In this document: in pieces, positions 52,489 through 63,254 of the stretch
Position numbering within the stretch: the first letter of the stretch is position 1
Layout of the letters: each line of letters starts with the position of its first letter
Source: Nitrospirota bacterium
GTDB lineage: Bacteria; Nitrospirota; UBA9217
Direction of reading: 5' to 3'
Assembly (NCBI GenBank): GCA_963737155.1
Contig: CAVTRN010000002.1
Coordinates: 32,001 to 96,000 of the forward strand
DNA: 64,000 nt
Made by a program: the position numbers and the translations under genes
The notes under the pieces: model-generated
What the model was told of the DNA's origin: nothing
What the model saw: the letters and a program-made list of their open reading frames with translations, nothing else
Database searches by the model: none

Positions 52489-53147
52489 GTCTAGCTACTT
52501 TGGGGGACGTTATTTCTAATCTTCTTTGTTGCTTTCCATTATCAACACTGGGAGTTAACAGATAAGCAACGAGTGAAACAACGTCCCCGGTGAATATAAG
52601 TTTCTAAAGTAACAATAATAAATCCTTGCGCCATGGGCAGAATGATTTTGTGATTGTGTGCTTATTATTCAACATACTTTTTCAAAAGTTTTCTTTCAGT
52701 CTCCTCATCGACTGGAGAACGCCGTCCTTTTCATATCATAACATTCATAATTCTCGAGGATGTCAGCAACCGAAAAAATTGGCATTTGAGGGTGGTATTC
52801 GATGAGGAATTCTGGATGAGGCAACGATAAGAACTTCAGGAAGTTGTTGTTGCCTTAAAACTATATCATAAAATGCGTGAAACACACTGTATTATGTGAT
52901 CATTAACAGAAGATACTGTCCTTGGTTATTCCTTTCATCCTGACACATCTATATAAATATTCTACCTGACTTTGGTGTCCACTTTATCCATCCTACCTCA
53001 GGGTCTGAGGGCTCTCCTTTTTGCAGTCCTCTACTTGTAAGTTTATTCCTTTCTTCTTCCACTAAACAAGAGCGATGCCTCGGGCCTGATAACCAGCATA
53101 CTCTACCGACCCTGGTGCAAACATTCGAGATGTCTTATCCTTGCTCA

Positions 53148-53699
53148 TTAGGCTTTTGTTGGCCCAGATCGTTGTTTTGTAGCCGATTTTCTCCGTAAGG
53201 CGCTAGTAGCTATTTTTGCAGGTTTGTTTACTTCCGGAGATAAAATCAGCCGGGGAGGCATGTGTTGCGCCCCCAAGAGGATCGCCATCTGGTTCAGTGC
53301 CTGCGAAATGCTTTTTAATCTATTGGAACTCAGTTTTTCAAGCCCTGCCACCAGGAGGCCTTGGGCCACTTCAGGTGCTTTCTTAACCAAGGACTTGCCC
53401 TGTCCTGTTAATTCCACTCTCACCACGCGTCGGTCTTCAGTTGAGCGTATCCGTATGACCAGTTCCTGTTTTTCAAGACGATCCAGAATGCCGACCACCG
53501 TGGCAGGGTGAAGGTACATGCGCCGCGCGATCTCTGAAACCATAATTGGCGCCTCCTGAGCGATTGTCTTAATCGCCCAGAGCTGGGGGCCTGTCAGGCC
53601 TGTCTCATGCTCGGCCTTTTTCGATTGTTCGTTGACAGCCTGAAATACTCTGCGCAGATTATCGATGATTTCCGCCACTGTTTCCGATCTCTTGCTCAT
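53148..53699 (-). CDS. MarR family transcriptional regulator
   Basis: GLTGPQLW..SEIA..LHPATVVGILDRLE..DRRVVRVELT. Confidence 0.92.
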   Translation of the reverse strand: MSKRSETVAEIIDNLRRVFQAVNEQSKKAEHETGLTGPQLWAIKTIAQEAPIMVSEIARRMYLHPATVVGILDRLEKQELVIRIRSTEDRRVVRVELTGQGKSLVKKAPEVAQGLLVAGLEKLSSNRLKSISQALNQMAILLGAQHMPPRLILSPEVNKPAKIATSALRRKSATKQRSGPTKA

Positions 53700-53751
53700 G
53701 GAGTACTCCCCTCATAAATAGACTTGACAACGCCGTAACAACGTGGTAGTT

Positions 53752-53765
53752 GTTTGTATACAAAC
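53752..53765. promoter_or_regulatory. Perfect palindrome, candidate MarR operator
   Basis: gtttgtatacaaac, 53 nt upstream of marR and next to TTGACA. Confidence 0.55.
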
Positions 53766-54057
53766 TATTGTAACACATACAATACGGAATGCAATTAAAA
53801 TGAATTACTCCCTTAAAACATATGGAGGGCCGGGGTTCAAAAAATAACGTCTTTCAATTAATATAAATAACCGTTAGAAAGGAGTATGGAAAGATTATGC
53901 CAGGTTGAAGACTATTCAAAGAAATTTAGCAGTGGATGCCCATGGATTTTTAATTATGCTTGTAGGCACAAAGACAGATCAACATTGAAAGGTGATTTAT
54001 AACTACGGCACTTGAACAGCAGAAAACGACACCAGTAATGCAAGGAGGAACAACGAT

Positions 54058-54609
54058 ATGAGTCGCAAAAGCTTGTTGTATCTAATATTTGTCTTATTAG
54101 TCGGTATGGTGACTTTGTGGGGTTGTCCGAAAAAAGCAGAAGTGACAACGACGCCTGAAGCACAACCACAGGCAGAAAAGGTGATGCCCCCGGCCACACC
54201 GGTTCCATCGACTGAAGCTGCACCAGCCGAAATGCAACCCGAAGCAGCGAATGAAAAGGCCGGAACGATGGCGGAAGGACTCAAGCCAATTTATTTTGAA
54301 TTCGACAAGTCATTTATCCGTGACGATGCACAGGCCATTATGAGGGCTAATGCTGAATGGCTTAAAGCGAACCCCAAGACAACAATTAAGATCGAAGGGA
54401 ATTGTGATGAACGGGGGACAAAAGAGTACAACCAGGCGCTTGGTCAACGTCGTGCAGAGAGTGCAAAAAAGTATCTGACCGAATTGGGCATTGCAGGGCA
54501 CCGCATCTCACTCCTCAGTTATGGTAAGGAAAAACCGGTCTGCAGCGAACATGATGAAACCTGCTTGCAGAAGAACCGGCGTGATGATTTCGTCGTTACC
54601 GGTAACTAA
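54058..54609 (+). CDS. pal: Peptidoglycan-associated lipoprotein
   Basis: Lipobox LWGC; IYFEFDK, IEGNCDERGT.EYN.ALG.RRA, SYGKEKP, KNRR. Confidence 0.93.
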   Translation: MSRKSLLYLIFVLLVGMVTLWGCPKKAEVTTTPEAQPQAEKVMPPATPVPSTEAAPAEMQPEAANEKAGTMAEGLKPIYFEFDKSFIRDDAQAIMRANAEWLKANPKTTIKIEGNCDERGTKEYNQALGQRRAESAKKYLTELGIAGHRISLLSYGKEKPVCSEHDETCLQKNRRDDFVVTGN

Positions 54610-54967
54610 GTATGCTGGAACCGGGAAGTGCATGTACCTACCCAGCTGGAGTTTCGATAGTCGAGTTGCCGCCGTCGGGAAAGTTGCTCGAGGGATGATC
54701 GGGAAATGGCAATGGGCATTTTTACCCCGGAATATGTCTTTCTCGCCGTCGTTCTGCTTGTTGTCGCATATCGCATGATGATAACGTCGAATACGTATGA
54801 AGAATCCGGCGAATCGTCGATGAATAACGACAAGAGAAAACGGCTTCATTGATGTCGATGTGCACGGTATTCTCCAGCAGGACATGCAAGGATTTAAAAA
54901 AAACTGTTGGCGGACAGAACCACATAGGTTGCCGTGCGAAATAACCAATTGAACAGAAGGTAACGTA

Positions 54968-55329
54968 ATGAGCAATTTGGACAAGCTTAAGTGGGCAGAA
55001 TTAAAGGCTGATTTGGAAAAGGGTTTAGGGAAAGAATCGTGGCTCTCAAGAAAGGCGCCATGGTCGTCAGAAAGAGAGCAGGCGAATTGACGGAAGAAGA
55101 AGATTACCAATATAAACTTTTCGCGCTGAAGGCAAAAGTGCACAATAGTATTTCCGACCTTGGTGCAAGGGTGTATACACTGGTGGCGACTCAAGGCGGA
55201 ATAAATCCTGCTCTCGATGCCACGGTAAGGGACATTATTGCGCAGGTTAAACGCTACGAAGCTGAGATCAGCATTCTCGAAAATAACCCACGAAAACCAT
55301 TAAAACGGAGAATCGAAAAAGCCGCGTGA
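54968..55329 (+). pseudogene. Conserved hypothetical coiled-coil protein with one frameshift near 55035
   Basis: MSNLDKLKWAELKADLEKG / IVALKKGAMVVRKRAGELTEE. Confidence 0.55.
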
Positions 55330-55452
55330 TTCCTACCGGCTGTCACAGATGCGCACTGATTCACTTTGAGGCGCCGGAGCTTTAGAGCACTTCGGCGTCC
55401 GTTTTTTATCATACCTTGCAAGTTAGCATAGCTAGGAAGGATGGCATATTGA

Positions 55453-57228
55453 GTGTTTGACTTTCTCAAAGCGAAATCTCTCCAGGCCTACCGCATGGCT
55501 GCGGGCCTTGGTACAGACGAGAACACGTTTCTTATTATTTCCTCAGTGATTGTAGGTGTTCTCGGGGGCGCTGCCAACATCCTGTTCCGCTCAACCTTGC
55601 AGTTCGTCCACAATGTCATTTTCGTGCACGGTTCTCAGCTGCTGGGTATCACCCGGGGCGGATGGTACCGCGCGCTGGTCCCTTTGCTGCCGATGACAGG
55701 AGCGCTTTTGCTGATACCGCTTTCCCTTCTTTTCCCGGGCGAGGTCAACGGATACGGCTTTGCCAAGTTTCTGGAAGTGGTAAACATCAAAGGTGGTTTC
55801 CTGAAATTCAGGAATATCATTCTCAAGACTGTTGGGCCGGCCTTGACGATTGGCTCGGGTGGATCGGCAGGCGTTGAGGGCCCGATCGCCATCATCGGCG
55901 GTACGGTGGGATCCGCGGTGGGACGCCTGTTCAAAACGTCGGGGAACCGCACCAAGCTCCTGATCGCGGCAGGTTCGGCCGCCGGGATCGCGGCAACCTT
56001 CAATGCTCCGATCGCGGGCGTCATGTTTTCCACCGAGATCGTGCTGCTGGGCGATTACGAGATCGCGTCATTTGCCGCCATCGTGATCGCCTCGGGGATC
56101 GCCACGGTCGTTTCCCGCGGTTATTATGGGGCCACCCCCGCCTTCATTGTGCCGCAGTACGAACTGGTGAGTATCTTCGAACTTCCCCTTTACCTTGTGC
56201 TCGGCCTGGTCATCGGTTTTACATCCGTTTTCTATGTCCGCACATTCTACCGCTTGAAAGACGAGTTCGAAACCTTAAAAATGCATCCCCAGATGAGGCC
56301 CGTGCTGGGTGCCCTTCTGGTGGGATGTCTAGGCATATTCCTGCCGGAGATCATGGGCAACGGTTACGAGTTCATCGAAAAAGCGCTGCATGAAAACATG
56401 CTCTTCCCGATTCTCATTTGTCTTGTTTTTTTCAAAGTCGTGGCCACATCGATCACACTCGGGTCCGGCGGAGCGGGCGGTGTTTTTGCGCCGGCGCTTT
56501 TCATCGGAGCAATGACGGGCGGTAGTTTCGGGTACGTGGTGCATAGGTTGTTTCCTCATTTAACGGCGACGCCCGGTGCCTATGCGACCGTCGGCATCGG
56601 CTCATTCCTCGCCGCAGCAACTCACGCGCCGCTCACCGGCATTTTTCTCCTGTTCGAAATGACGGGGAACTACAAGATTATCGTGCCGCTCATGTTCAGC
56701 TCCATCATAGGGACCCTGATCGCAAAGCGGCTGTATCATGACTCCATTGACACAGCAGAGCTCACCAGGAAAGGCATCAAGCTCCATGCCGGCAAAGAAC
56801 AATCCATCATGGGTCGCATAAAGGTCGGTGATGTTTTGGTCACCGACGTCGTGACCGTCACCCCCGAGACGCCCCTCCATCGGCTGATCGAAATCATGAT
56901 AGAAAAGGAGCGATTCTATATCCCTGTTGTCGATTTCGCCGGGGAAATGGCGGGAATCGTGTCCATTCACGATGTCCGTCCCGTCCTTCTAGAGGAACGG
57001 GTGACTCATATTGTGAATGCCGGAGACATCGCGACGGTAAAAGTAATCGTGCTTGCGCCTGAGGACGATCTAAACACGGCCATGGAGAAGTTTTCCAAGA
57101 AGGACATTGAGGAAATCCCCGTAGTGGAACGGAAGGGCTCGAAAAAAATCATAGGCATGGTGAAGCGTAAAGACATAATCGGCGTTTATAACAGGGAAGT
57201 CCTGAAAAGGGAGAGCGGACTGGAGTAG
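55453..57228 (+). CDS. ClC chloride channel/antiporter with CBS domains
   Basis: GSAGVEGP, AATFNAPIAG, GGVFAP, two CBS domains. Confidence 0.93.
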   Translation: MFDFLKAKSLQAYRMAAGLGTDENTFLIISSVIVGVLGGAANILFRSTLQFVHNVIFVHGSQLLGITRGGWYRALVPLLPMTGALLLIPLSLLFPGEVNGYGFAKFLEVVNIKGGFLKFRNIILKTVGPALTIGSGGSAGVEGPIAIIGGTVGSAVGRLFKTSGNRTKLLIAAGSAAGIAATFNAPIAGVMFSTEIVLLGDYEIASFAAIVIASGIATVVSRGYYGATPAFIVPQYELVSIFELPLYLVLGLVIGFTSVFYVRTFYRLKDEFETLKMHPQMRPVLGALLVGCLGIFLPEIMGNGYEFIEKALHENMLFPILICLVFFKVVATSITLGSGGAGGVFAPALFIGAMTGGSFGYVVHRLFPHLTATPGAYATVGIGSFLAAATHAPLTGIFLLFEMTGNYKIIVPLMFSSIIGTLIAKRLYHDSIDTAELTRKGIKLHAGKEQSIMGRIKVGDVLVTDVVTVTPETPLHRLIEIMIEKERFYIPVVDFAGEMAGIVSIHDVRPVLLEERVTHIVNAGDIATVKVIVLAPEDDLNTAMEKFSKKDIEEIPVVERKGSKKIIGMVKRKDIIGVYNREVLKRESGLE

Positions 57229-57325
57229 CTGGCTGACGTCCCTATAATCCGTTCGCAAAGGGTAACAGGTGTTCCTATACGCGACAGCGTGAGTCTGCGT
57301 AAAGCGATAAGTTAGTTCTCACTGC

Positions 57326-57975
57326 TCAATGGAGTCTGCCACCTCCGTCAACGTCCAAGATGGCTCCAGTAGTAAATCCGTTGGAGAGCAGGTAAAGCGC
57401 GGCTTGTGTGAGCTCGTCCGGTTTACCCGCCCGACCCACAGGAAGGTTGCCGCTCATCTGCTTGAAGAAGGCCTTCTTCTCTTCACCTGATATCCAGTTG
57501 TAAGCCGGCGTGTCCACCAAACCAGGCGAGAGAATATTCACACGAATTGGAGCAAGCTCCTTTGCCAAAGTCATGGCCATACACATGATCGCTCCATTTA
57601 CAGACGCAACACCTGCCGTTCCTGGAATTGCCGAGCGGGCAGCTCCGCCGATCGTGAAGAGGATTTACCCTCCCTAGCGGATGAGCGGAGCACCATATTT
57701 GGCATACAGAAAACATCCCCAGAACTTCGTCTTAAATGCGCTCTCGAGGGCGGGCGATTGAATTTCAGACCGCTTGCCCCATGCGGGTAGTCCCGCACCC
57801 ATCAGCATGAGGTGGTCGAAAGCACCAAGCGTGCTGAAAAACTCCCGCACCGCATCTTCTTTTGAGAAATCCAGAGTCCGGCATAGCTCCTTCTCCTCTA
57901 CATAATACAATCAAGAATTTTCACAAGTACAGATTTCCGAATTACAATCGTTCCACCGATGATGAAGGAGCCATG
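57326..57975 (-). pseudogene. Short-chain dehydrogenase, multiply frameshifted
   Basis: IIGGT..., FDHL, TKFWG, LAKELAPIRVNILSPG, DVDGG in different frames. Confidence 0.8.
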
Positions 57976-57976
57976 T

Positions 57977-59782
57977 CTATTCCCGTGATTCTGAATAAAG
58001 TTCAACGATCTCCTCCAGCAGTTCTGCAACACGCTCCCAAGTAATAATACCCACGACATTAACGGAGGACGAAGTCGATCCTGGCTGCCTGAGCACGATT
58101 GCGATTGCAGCGTGCGATCGGTGCAGGTGGGCCAAAATGCTGTCCATCGTCTCGTTCTCGCGGGCATAGATGAAGTCACGCCGCATCACGTCGGCCACGG
58201 AATGCCAGCCCTTGCGTTCGGTCTCTTGGGCGGACAGCGCATAGTCCCTCGGAGCGACGCCAATGATATGGCCATCGTCCATGACGAGGAACCACCGCAC
58301 GTCCGGGTGCTCTATTGAGCGACGGGCGAGAACCTCCAGACTATCCGAGGACGATACCATCACGACTGTTATTTGCATGATATCTCGCGCCCGCCGGACA
58401 TGGAACAGATTCGTCTGGAGGGCAGCCGGAATATAGTGATCCCGGCGAGCGAGTTTCATTGTGTAAATGCTTTCGCGGGTGAGCAACGTGCGCGTGCCGT
58501 AGCTCAGCGCTACAGTAATTGTCATAGGAAGAATGACGCTATAATCCAGGGTCATCTCAAAAATCATGACGATCGCCGTCATTGCAGCACCTGTAGCTCC
58601 ACCGACCATGCCCGCCATGCCGGCGACGGCGAACGCAGCCGGACTTACCGGTACGTGCGGAAGAACATGTTGGAGAGCAATCCCAAATGCGCCTCCGGCT
58701 GTTGCGCCCAGAAACAGGGACGGCGAGAATATTCCGCCCGAGCCTCCCGACCCCAGGGTCAGAGATGTTGCTAGGAGTTTCAAAAAAAACAGCAGTACGA
58801 GAAGATGGACGGCGTGAATGTCTCCAGTCAGGATGTCCTGGACCGTCGAGTAGCCGACGCCCTCGACATAATAATGACCCGTCGTGGACATGAGGCCGTA
58901 AATTAACCCTCCCACCGCCAGCATGCCAAAAGCATGGCGCAGATAGGGATTGTTTACCGTGCGTTTCTCGAAAAAATCTTCAGCCAGGTAGAGCGAATGA
59001 ATATATACGGCGGAAGCCAGGCCCATCATTATTCCCAGCGCGGCATAGGGGATGAGGAGCCAGGGACTGAGCGGATGGAAATAGGGCTGCTGGAGTGCAG
59101 GGATGACGAAAGACGGATGAACCCCGAAGAACAGCCGGCCCACGTACGTAGCCGTGACCGTAGTTACTGCGACGGGTACCAGCGTGGCAACACTCACTTC
59201 TTGCAGCAACAGTTCTACAGCAAACAAGATGCCGCCGATGGGCGTATTGAAGGTCGCAGCGATTCCAGCTCCCGCTCCAGCGGCAACCAGGGTGATGCGC
59301 TGCTTCGTCGTCATGGAAAAAAGCTGGCCCATGGTGGATCCAAATGCCGATCCGATCTGGGCGATCGGTCCCTCCCTTCCCACGGACCCGCCGCTGCCAA
59401 TGGATAGTGCCGAGGCAAGGGACTTGAACAAGGCGACTACGGGACGGATTGCGCCCTTGCTGTAGTACACGGCGTCCATGACCTCAGGCACGCCGTGGCC
59501 CTTCGCTTCCGGAGCAAAATGGGTGACGAGGAAGGTTACTCCCATCGAGCCGATCACCGGTACGAGGACGACCAAGGAGCCCCAGGGGCTGGCTGCAGCG
59601 TGGACGTTCGCGTCATAGGCGGCCGATAGTCTGCCGTAAAAGAGTGCGTTGTGCACCAGCGCGATGAGTGCGCGGAAAACGACGGCTCCCAAGCCGGCGA
59701 TCCCGCCGGTCAAAACGGCAAGGAGCATAAAGCGCGCCCTTCTCATGGGCCTCATCAACATGTCGAAAGGTGTATTAGTCAT
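57977..59782 (-). CDS. ClC chloride channel/antiporter with CBS domains
   Basis: GHGVPE, GREGP, AATFNTP, GGIFSP; start uncertain. Confidence 0.93.
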   Translation of the reverse strand: MTNTPFDMLMRPMRRARFMLLAVLTGGIAGLGAVVFRALIALVHNALFYGRLSAAYDANVHAAASPWGSLVVLVPVIGSMGVTFLVTHFAPEAKGHGVPEVMDAVYYSKGAIRPVVALFKSLASALSIGSGGSVGREGPIAQIGSAFGSTMGQLFSMTTKQRITLVAAGAGAGIAATFNTPIGGILFAVELLLQEVSVATLVPVAVTTVTATYVGRLFFGVHPSFVIPALQQPYFHPLSPWLLIPYAALGIMMGLASAVYIHSLYLAEDFFEKRTVNNPYLRHAFGMLAVGGLIYGLMSTTGHYYVEGVGYSTVQDILTGDIHAVHLLVLLFFLKLLATSLTLGSGGSGGIFSPSLFLGATAGGAFGIALQHVLPHVPVSPAAFAVAGMAGMVGGATGAAMTAIVMIFEMTLDYSVILPMTITVALSYGTRTLLTRESIYTMKLARRDHYIPAALQTNLFHVRRARDIMQITVVMVSSSDSLEVLARRSIEHPDVRWFLVMDDGHIIGVAPRDYALSAQETERKGWHSVADVMRRDFIYARENETMDSILAHLHRSHAAIAIVLRQPGSTSSSVNVVGIITWERVAELLEEIVELYSESRE

Positions 59783-60057
59783 GGCTATCAGATCGATAAT
59801 TCGGACTCCCCATTCCATCCGCCTCACTTGTACCTGTATAAGAATATCTCTTCCTGACACGGGCCTCTTTCACTGGATATATATGAGTATATCAGGAACC
59901 ATTTATGAAGGACAAAGCTTCTTATTCATAAGCGTGAATTACTCCACTCCAACGCGCAGTTCATTTTGGCGCAGTTTGAAAATGCTAAGCAGCGAGGATA
60001 TTTGATATAGAGCGAGGTCAATCATGTTGATTAGGCATTTTCGGGTAGCACTATCGG

Positions 60058-60138
60058 ATGGACAGTGACATGATGATGAACTAGGGCGATACGATGATGA
60101 AGAGTGGCCAGATGATGATGGATGAAGGCAAGAAGTTG
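60058..60138 (+). pseudogene. 81-bp remnant of the Met-rich protein gene
   Basis: MDSDMMMN*GDTMMKSGQMMMDEGKKL versus MDNDMTMKQGDTMMKKGQMMMDEGKKL. Confidence 0.8.
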
Positions 60139-60743
60139 AGCAAGGGCAAAAATACAACTTGTAAATTACACGGTTGCGATAAATGGAAACTCGTCTACAG
60201 GAAGCACATCATATTTTATTATGTGATTGAATCAGTGCATACTCCAATCTGAATTATTGCCCAAGATGCAATGCTAACTGTACCATGGTATCGAATCCAC
60301 TGATATTCCTCTCCTTTTATCTGGATCTCATAGCTAAGTCTTTTTCTATGTCTTTTATTTTTTATTAACACCCGATTTCTGTTTTCCATGATCTCTCCCT
60401 GGCAATACTTCCATGCCGTGCCAAAGGTCCTTCACAAAATCCAGATGTATATCACGAATCAGCAATGAGTAGAAAGCTTACTTCATCCTCCCTCACAGAG
60501 GCAAGAAAATTATGAACGGAACTCATCATAAATTTTTCTGGCCCGCCTGCCCAGACATTAATCTCGATTTCAGGTGAAGCTTCTTAAGGTCTCTACTACT
60601 TTCGACGCTAGCGACTTGCCGCTTGCAGGTAGGTCTGTAATGAAAAAAAGTGTAAATAATTATATTCAATAATATAATTTAATGCTTATATATCAATATG
60701 TTAATCTGACTTTCCACAAGATTTAGAAAGCACTTGCACCCTC

Positions 60744-60804
60744 TTGACAACTTTTATATTTTTTGGTAAAAATCGAATTGGCACTCTACCAGTGAGAGTG
60801 CCAA
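60744..60804 (+). promoter_or_regulatory. Sigma70-type promoter with CIRCE (HrcA operator)
   Basis: TTGACA at 60744; TTGGCACTC-N9-GAGTGCCAA at 60778-60804. Confidence 0.9.
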
Positions 60805-60860
60805 TAAACGGACTGAGATCTACGCAGTAAAATAAATCAGCTAAAGAAGGAGGGAATATC

Positions 60861-61289
60861 ATGTTATGGACGGATTTGGACAGATTCGGATTTCAGGACC
60901 CTTGGCGCATATTCGATCGTTTGAATCGCGCGACCTCAGGATTACCTGCTCCATCAACGAGCGAATTTCCCATGGTCAATGTCTGGATGGATGGCGACCG
61001 AGCGATCATCACTTCAGAGCTGCCCGGCGTCCTGCCAACTGATGTAGACATCTCGGTGGCAGGCAAGTCGGTGACGCTGCGGGGGGCTCGGGCATCGGAG
61101 GACACGTGCGAGGGCGAATGCCGACACCGGCGCGAGCGTTGGAGCGGGTCATTTACACGGTCCATCGAGCTGCCCTATCTCGTGGACCAGGACAAGGTCG
61201 AAGCCAGATTCAGCAAGGGCGTACTGGAACTCACCCTGCCTCGGGCCGAGGCAGACAAGCCGAGAAAGATCGCCATTAAGTCTGAATAG
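60861..61289 (+). CDS. Hsp20/alpha-crystallin protein
   Basis: ELPGV..DVDI..RER..GSFTRSIELP..A.F.KGVL.LTLP. Confidence 0.95.
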   Translation: MLWTDLDRFGFQDPWRIFDRLNRATSGLPAPSTSEFPMVNVWMDGDRAIITSELPGVLPTDVDISVAGKSVTLRGARASEDTCEGECRHRRERWSGSFTRSIELPYLVDQDKVEARFSKGVLELTLPRAEADKPRKIAIKSE

Positions 61290-61306
61290 AAAGGAGGAGG
61301 CAGACA

Positions 61307-61711
61307 ATGACAGAGGTAAATCGGGAAATGACCAAGAAGGAAGCAAGCGTGCCAGAAGGGGTGGAACGCACGAAGCCGCGAAGGGTCTTCAAGCCTGACG
61401 TGGACATTATAGAATTGAAGGACGAAACAGTTTTGACCGCCGACCTGCCGGGCGTAGACGAGCATTCGCTTGATATCACTCTTGACAAGAACGTTCTTAC
61501 CATCAAGGGGGCTGTGGAGCAGAAAATCCCAGCGGGATACCGGCTCGCCTACGGAGAATACGAGGTTGGGGACTACGAGCGGGCCTTCACACTTTCGGAC
61601 GAGGTGGACAAGGACCGCATTCAGGCATCTGTTAAGAACGGCGTTTTGAGGCTGGTTTTGCCAAAGTCGCCGGTTGCTAAGACAAGAAAGATCGCGGTCA
61701 CGGCCGCTTAG
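61307..61711 (+). CDS. Hsp20/alpha-crystallin protein
   Basis: PDVDIIE..ADLPGV..YERAFTL..NGVLRL.LPK. Confidence 0.95.
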   Translation: MTEVNREMTKKEASVPEGVERTKPRRVFKPDVDIIELKDETVLTADLPGVDEHSLDITLDKNVLTIKGAVEQKIPAGYRLAYGEYEVGDYERAFTLSDEVDKDRIQASVKNGVLRLVLPKSPVAKTRKIAVTAA

Positions 61712-61732
61712 GAACGTAATCAAACGAAGGAG

Positions 61733-62236
61733 GTGGACATTATGGACATCAAGAATCTCATCCCTTTCGGTAAGAAGAACATCGAGGTTCGACGAGAAGA
61801 AAATCCTTTTGCCATGATGCAGCGTGAAATGAATCGTATTTTTGATTCCGTCAACCGGAACTGGGGACTCGGGGCATTCCCTGAGTTTACAGGATCGTTT
61901 ATGCCACGCCTAGACGTAACTGAGGACTCCAAGGCATTCACCATTACTGCTGAACTGCCAGGCATGAGCGATAAGGACATTGACCTTTCTCTATCCGGCG
62001 ATACGTTAACGATCAGGGGCGAGAAAAAGGAGGAGAAGGAGGAAGAGGATAAAAACAAGAACTATTACTACTCTGAACGCTCCTACGGTACCTTCTTAAG
62101 ATCAATTCCGCTTCCCAGTCAGGTCGAGACGGATAAGGTGGCCGCGAGTTTCAAAAAGGGCGTTCTAACTATAACACTGCCAAAAACTGCCGCGGCTTTA
62201 GATTCAACAAAAAAAATATCCGTGAAGGGTGAGTAA
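61733..62236 (+). CDS. Hsp20/alpha-crystallin protein
   Basis: AELPGM..ERSYG.F.R.IPLP..KGVLTITLPK. Confidence 0.95.
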   Translation: MDIMDIKNLIPFGKKNIEVRREENPFAMMQREMNRIFDSVNRNWGLGAFPEFTGSFMPRLDVTEDSKAFTITAELPGMSDKDIDLSLSGDTLTIRGEKKEEKEEEDKNKNYYYSERSYGTFLRSIPLPSQVETDKVAASFKKGVLTITLPKTAAALDSTKKISVKGE

Positions 62237-62326
62237 ATATGCATGAAAGAATTCTATTATAAACATGTTTACCCAGACTGGCTATCGGATAAGCGAATGA
62301 CGATGTTGTGAAGGTTGAAGCGTGTT

Positions 62327-63175
62327 ATGAACACAGTGAACACAATTGGTTTGATGGTTTTTATGACACTCCTTCTTATCTTTGTGTGGGCAGCCATTGG
62401 AGGAAAGAGTGGGGGGTGATGGCATTCGCCCTTGCCACGATCATGAACGCCGGCTCCTACTGGTTTAGCGATAAGATCGTGCTCAGGATATACAATGCGC
62501 AGCCGGTGACTGAGTCCCAGGCCCCTGAGCTTTATAGTATGGTGCGAACGCTGGTTCAGAAAGCTGAAATGCCCAGCCAAAAGTTTATATTATCCCCGAT
62601 GAGACACCGAATGCCTTTGCTACAGGTCGGAACCCCGAGCATGCGGTTGTTGCTGTTACGCAGGGAATCATGAGGATTCTCTCCCGGGACGAGTTGGCCG
62701 GCGTTATTGCTCATGAACTGGCCCACATCAAACACCGGGATGTGCTGACAGGCATGATTGTTGCGACCATTACTGGTTCCATCAGCATGCTGTCACAGAT
62801 GGCCCAGTGGGCAATGATCTTCGGCGGAGGCTGCCACAGAGACGACGAGGGCAGCAGCCCTGTCGCTGCTCTGGTTATGATGGTCGTTGCACCAATCGCG
62901 GCTATGATGGTGCAGATGCCATCTCACGGACACGCGAGTTCGAGGCGAACAAGGGAGGTGCACAAATATCCGGAAATCCTTCCGGCCTTGCCAATGCACT
63001 ATTGAAGTTGGAGAAAAGATCACAATTGATCCCTATGCATGATTCACAACCGGCAACGGTGCAGATGTTCATTGTGAATCCATTAACAGGCGAGAGTCTG
63101 TTGAAGCTCTTCAGCACCCACCCGCCTATCTCGGAAAGAGTCCGGCGTTTGAACGAAATAGCACGAGTAAGATAG
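62327..63175 (+). pseudogene. htpX: Zinc metalloprotease HtpX with about 3 frameshifts
   Basis: YWFSDKIVL / [19 protein letters not shown] / SRTREF.A..FSTHPP in different frames. Confidence 0.9.
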
Positions 63176-63254
63176 ATCGTGCCTTAAATGGGACGAAAGG
63201 CTCGGGTGTCATTCGAGGCTTGATAATCGAAATGCCTGTGACCCGAAGAGAAAC

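Noticed and set aside
54508-55194. 228-aa minus-strand ORF
   Set aside because: Overlaps pal and the next plus-strand gene; no motifs
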